Shown here one piece after another: positions 63,401-64,000 of a DNA stretch of 64,000 bases; the first letter of the stretch is position 1, and each line of letters begins with the position of its first letter. The notes beneath the pieces are model-generated. The model made no database searches and was not told where the DNA came from. It saw only the letters and a list, made by a program, of their open reading frames with translations. The stretch spans positions 1 to 64,000 of the forward strand of contig CDRNST010000104.1 in assembly GCA_977016875.1 (NCBI GenBank). Reading direction: 5' to 3'. The translations under genes were made by a program, and so were the position numbers. The stretch is from Pavona decussata. Lineage: Eukaryota.

Positions 63401-64000
63401 ACCTGCCATGCTCTCATATGTGCACCGAATTTAATCTGCAGCAAATGACAGCAGAGAACAAAAGCTTTGAAAATTAATCCATTCCTAGATATTGTATTTG
63501 CACAAGATAAAACCTAACTCCTAGGAAGACAGTTTTATTTGCTCAGCTGAGGTTAGCGAAGAGTCTTGCTATGCCCCCTTGTATTTCTAGTTGTCGGAGA
63601 GAAGTTAAAAGGACAGAAACTAATCGGAGAAAGATATACCTAATGTTTCCTGCTACTAATCCATTTGAAAAGAAAGTAGCATTTCCTCAGTTTTTTAATT
63701 TTCCCCAGAGTAAGAGTACAGTGAGTACAAAGCAGACAATGATTACTGTTTCCATCTGGCATTGTCTGTGCTTCACAGTTTGAAATCTTTATATTTATCA
63801 CCAAAATCAGACTGGCTGGGAAGGTGTGTTTTATAGATTTACAGACCTACTTCGAATGAAGGCTTTCTCGGGAATAATGCGATCAGAATTTATACAAACT
63901 TCACTAGATATATTAGCAAACCACTGTACTGGGTCTCGATCAGTCTTAGCTTATTAGTCTGATTAACTGAATCAGAAAAAATAATTTTGGCGCTATCTGC
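60460..64000. repeat. Tandem segmental duplication, period ~1.7 kb, running off the window edge
   Basis: GGGAAAATGGCGTACGAGATAAATG occurs at 61621 and ~63326. AAACTTCACTAGATAT occurs at ~60678, ~62187 and ~63896. A nested ~160-bp tandem lies at ~62535-62840. No convincing protein product. Confidence 0.9.

Noticed and set aside
61509-63783. Repeated short ORFs (LDYEEQRENGVRDKCC...) as a peptide gene family
   Set aside because: Frames and stops differ between the duplicated units, which is consistent with non-coding duplication.

Overview
AT-rich eukaryotic genomic DNA with spliceosomal introns. The repeat families and gene types point to an anthozoan, probably a stony coral (inference). (1) 0.9-29.7 kb: a tandem cluster of class A GPCRs with intronless coding regions, MECA/adenosine-receptor-like. 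It has 5 intact ORFs, 1 copy split by a TIR element, 1 copy frameshifted right after its ATG and 2 relic fragments. Five copies end in a D-[T/S]-R-L PDZ-type motif. (2) 16.2-23.7 kb: a nested TE block (tRNA-SINE array > solo LTR > BEL/Pao retrotransposon > Harbinger derivative). (3) 36.9-41.1 kb: two convergent 3-exon genes for small, apparently secreted TNF-homology-domain proteins; the ORF track shows only the leader exon of the second one. (4) 51.2-55.7 kb: a 3-exon, signal-peptide-bearing chondroitinase-ABC-like (PL8) lyase of about 1177 aa, a typically bacterial enzyme type with eukaryotic gene structure. (5) Also present: an L2/CR1-group LINE, Penelope relics with minimal hammerhead ribozyme motifs, many MITEs, microsatellites and a ~1.7 kb tandem duplication at the right edge. 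All calls come from reading the sequence by eye; no database search was run.
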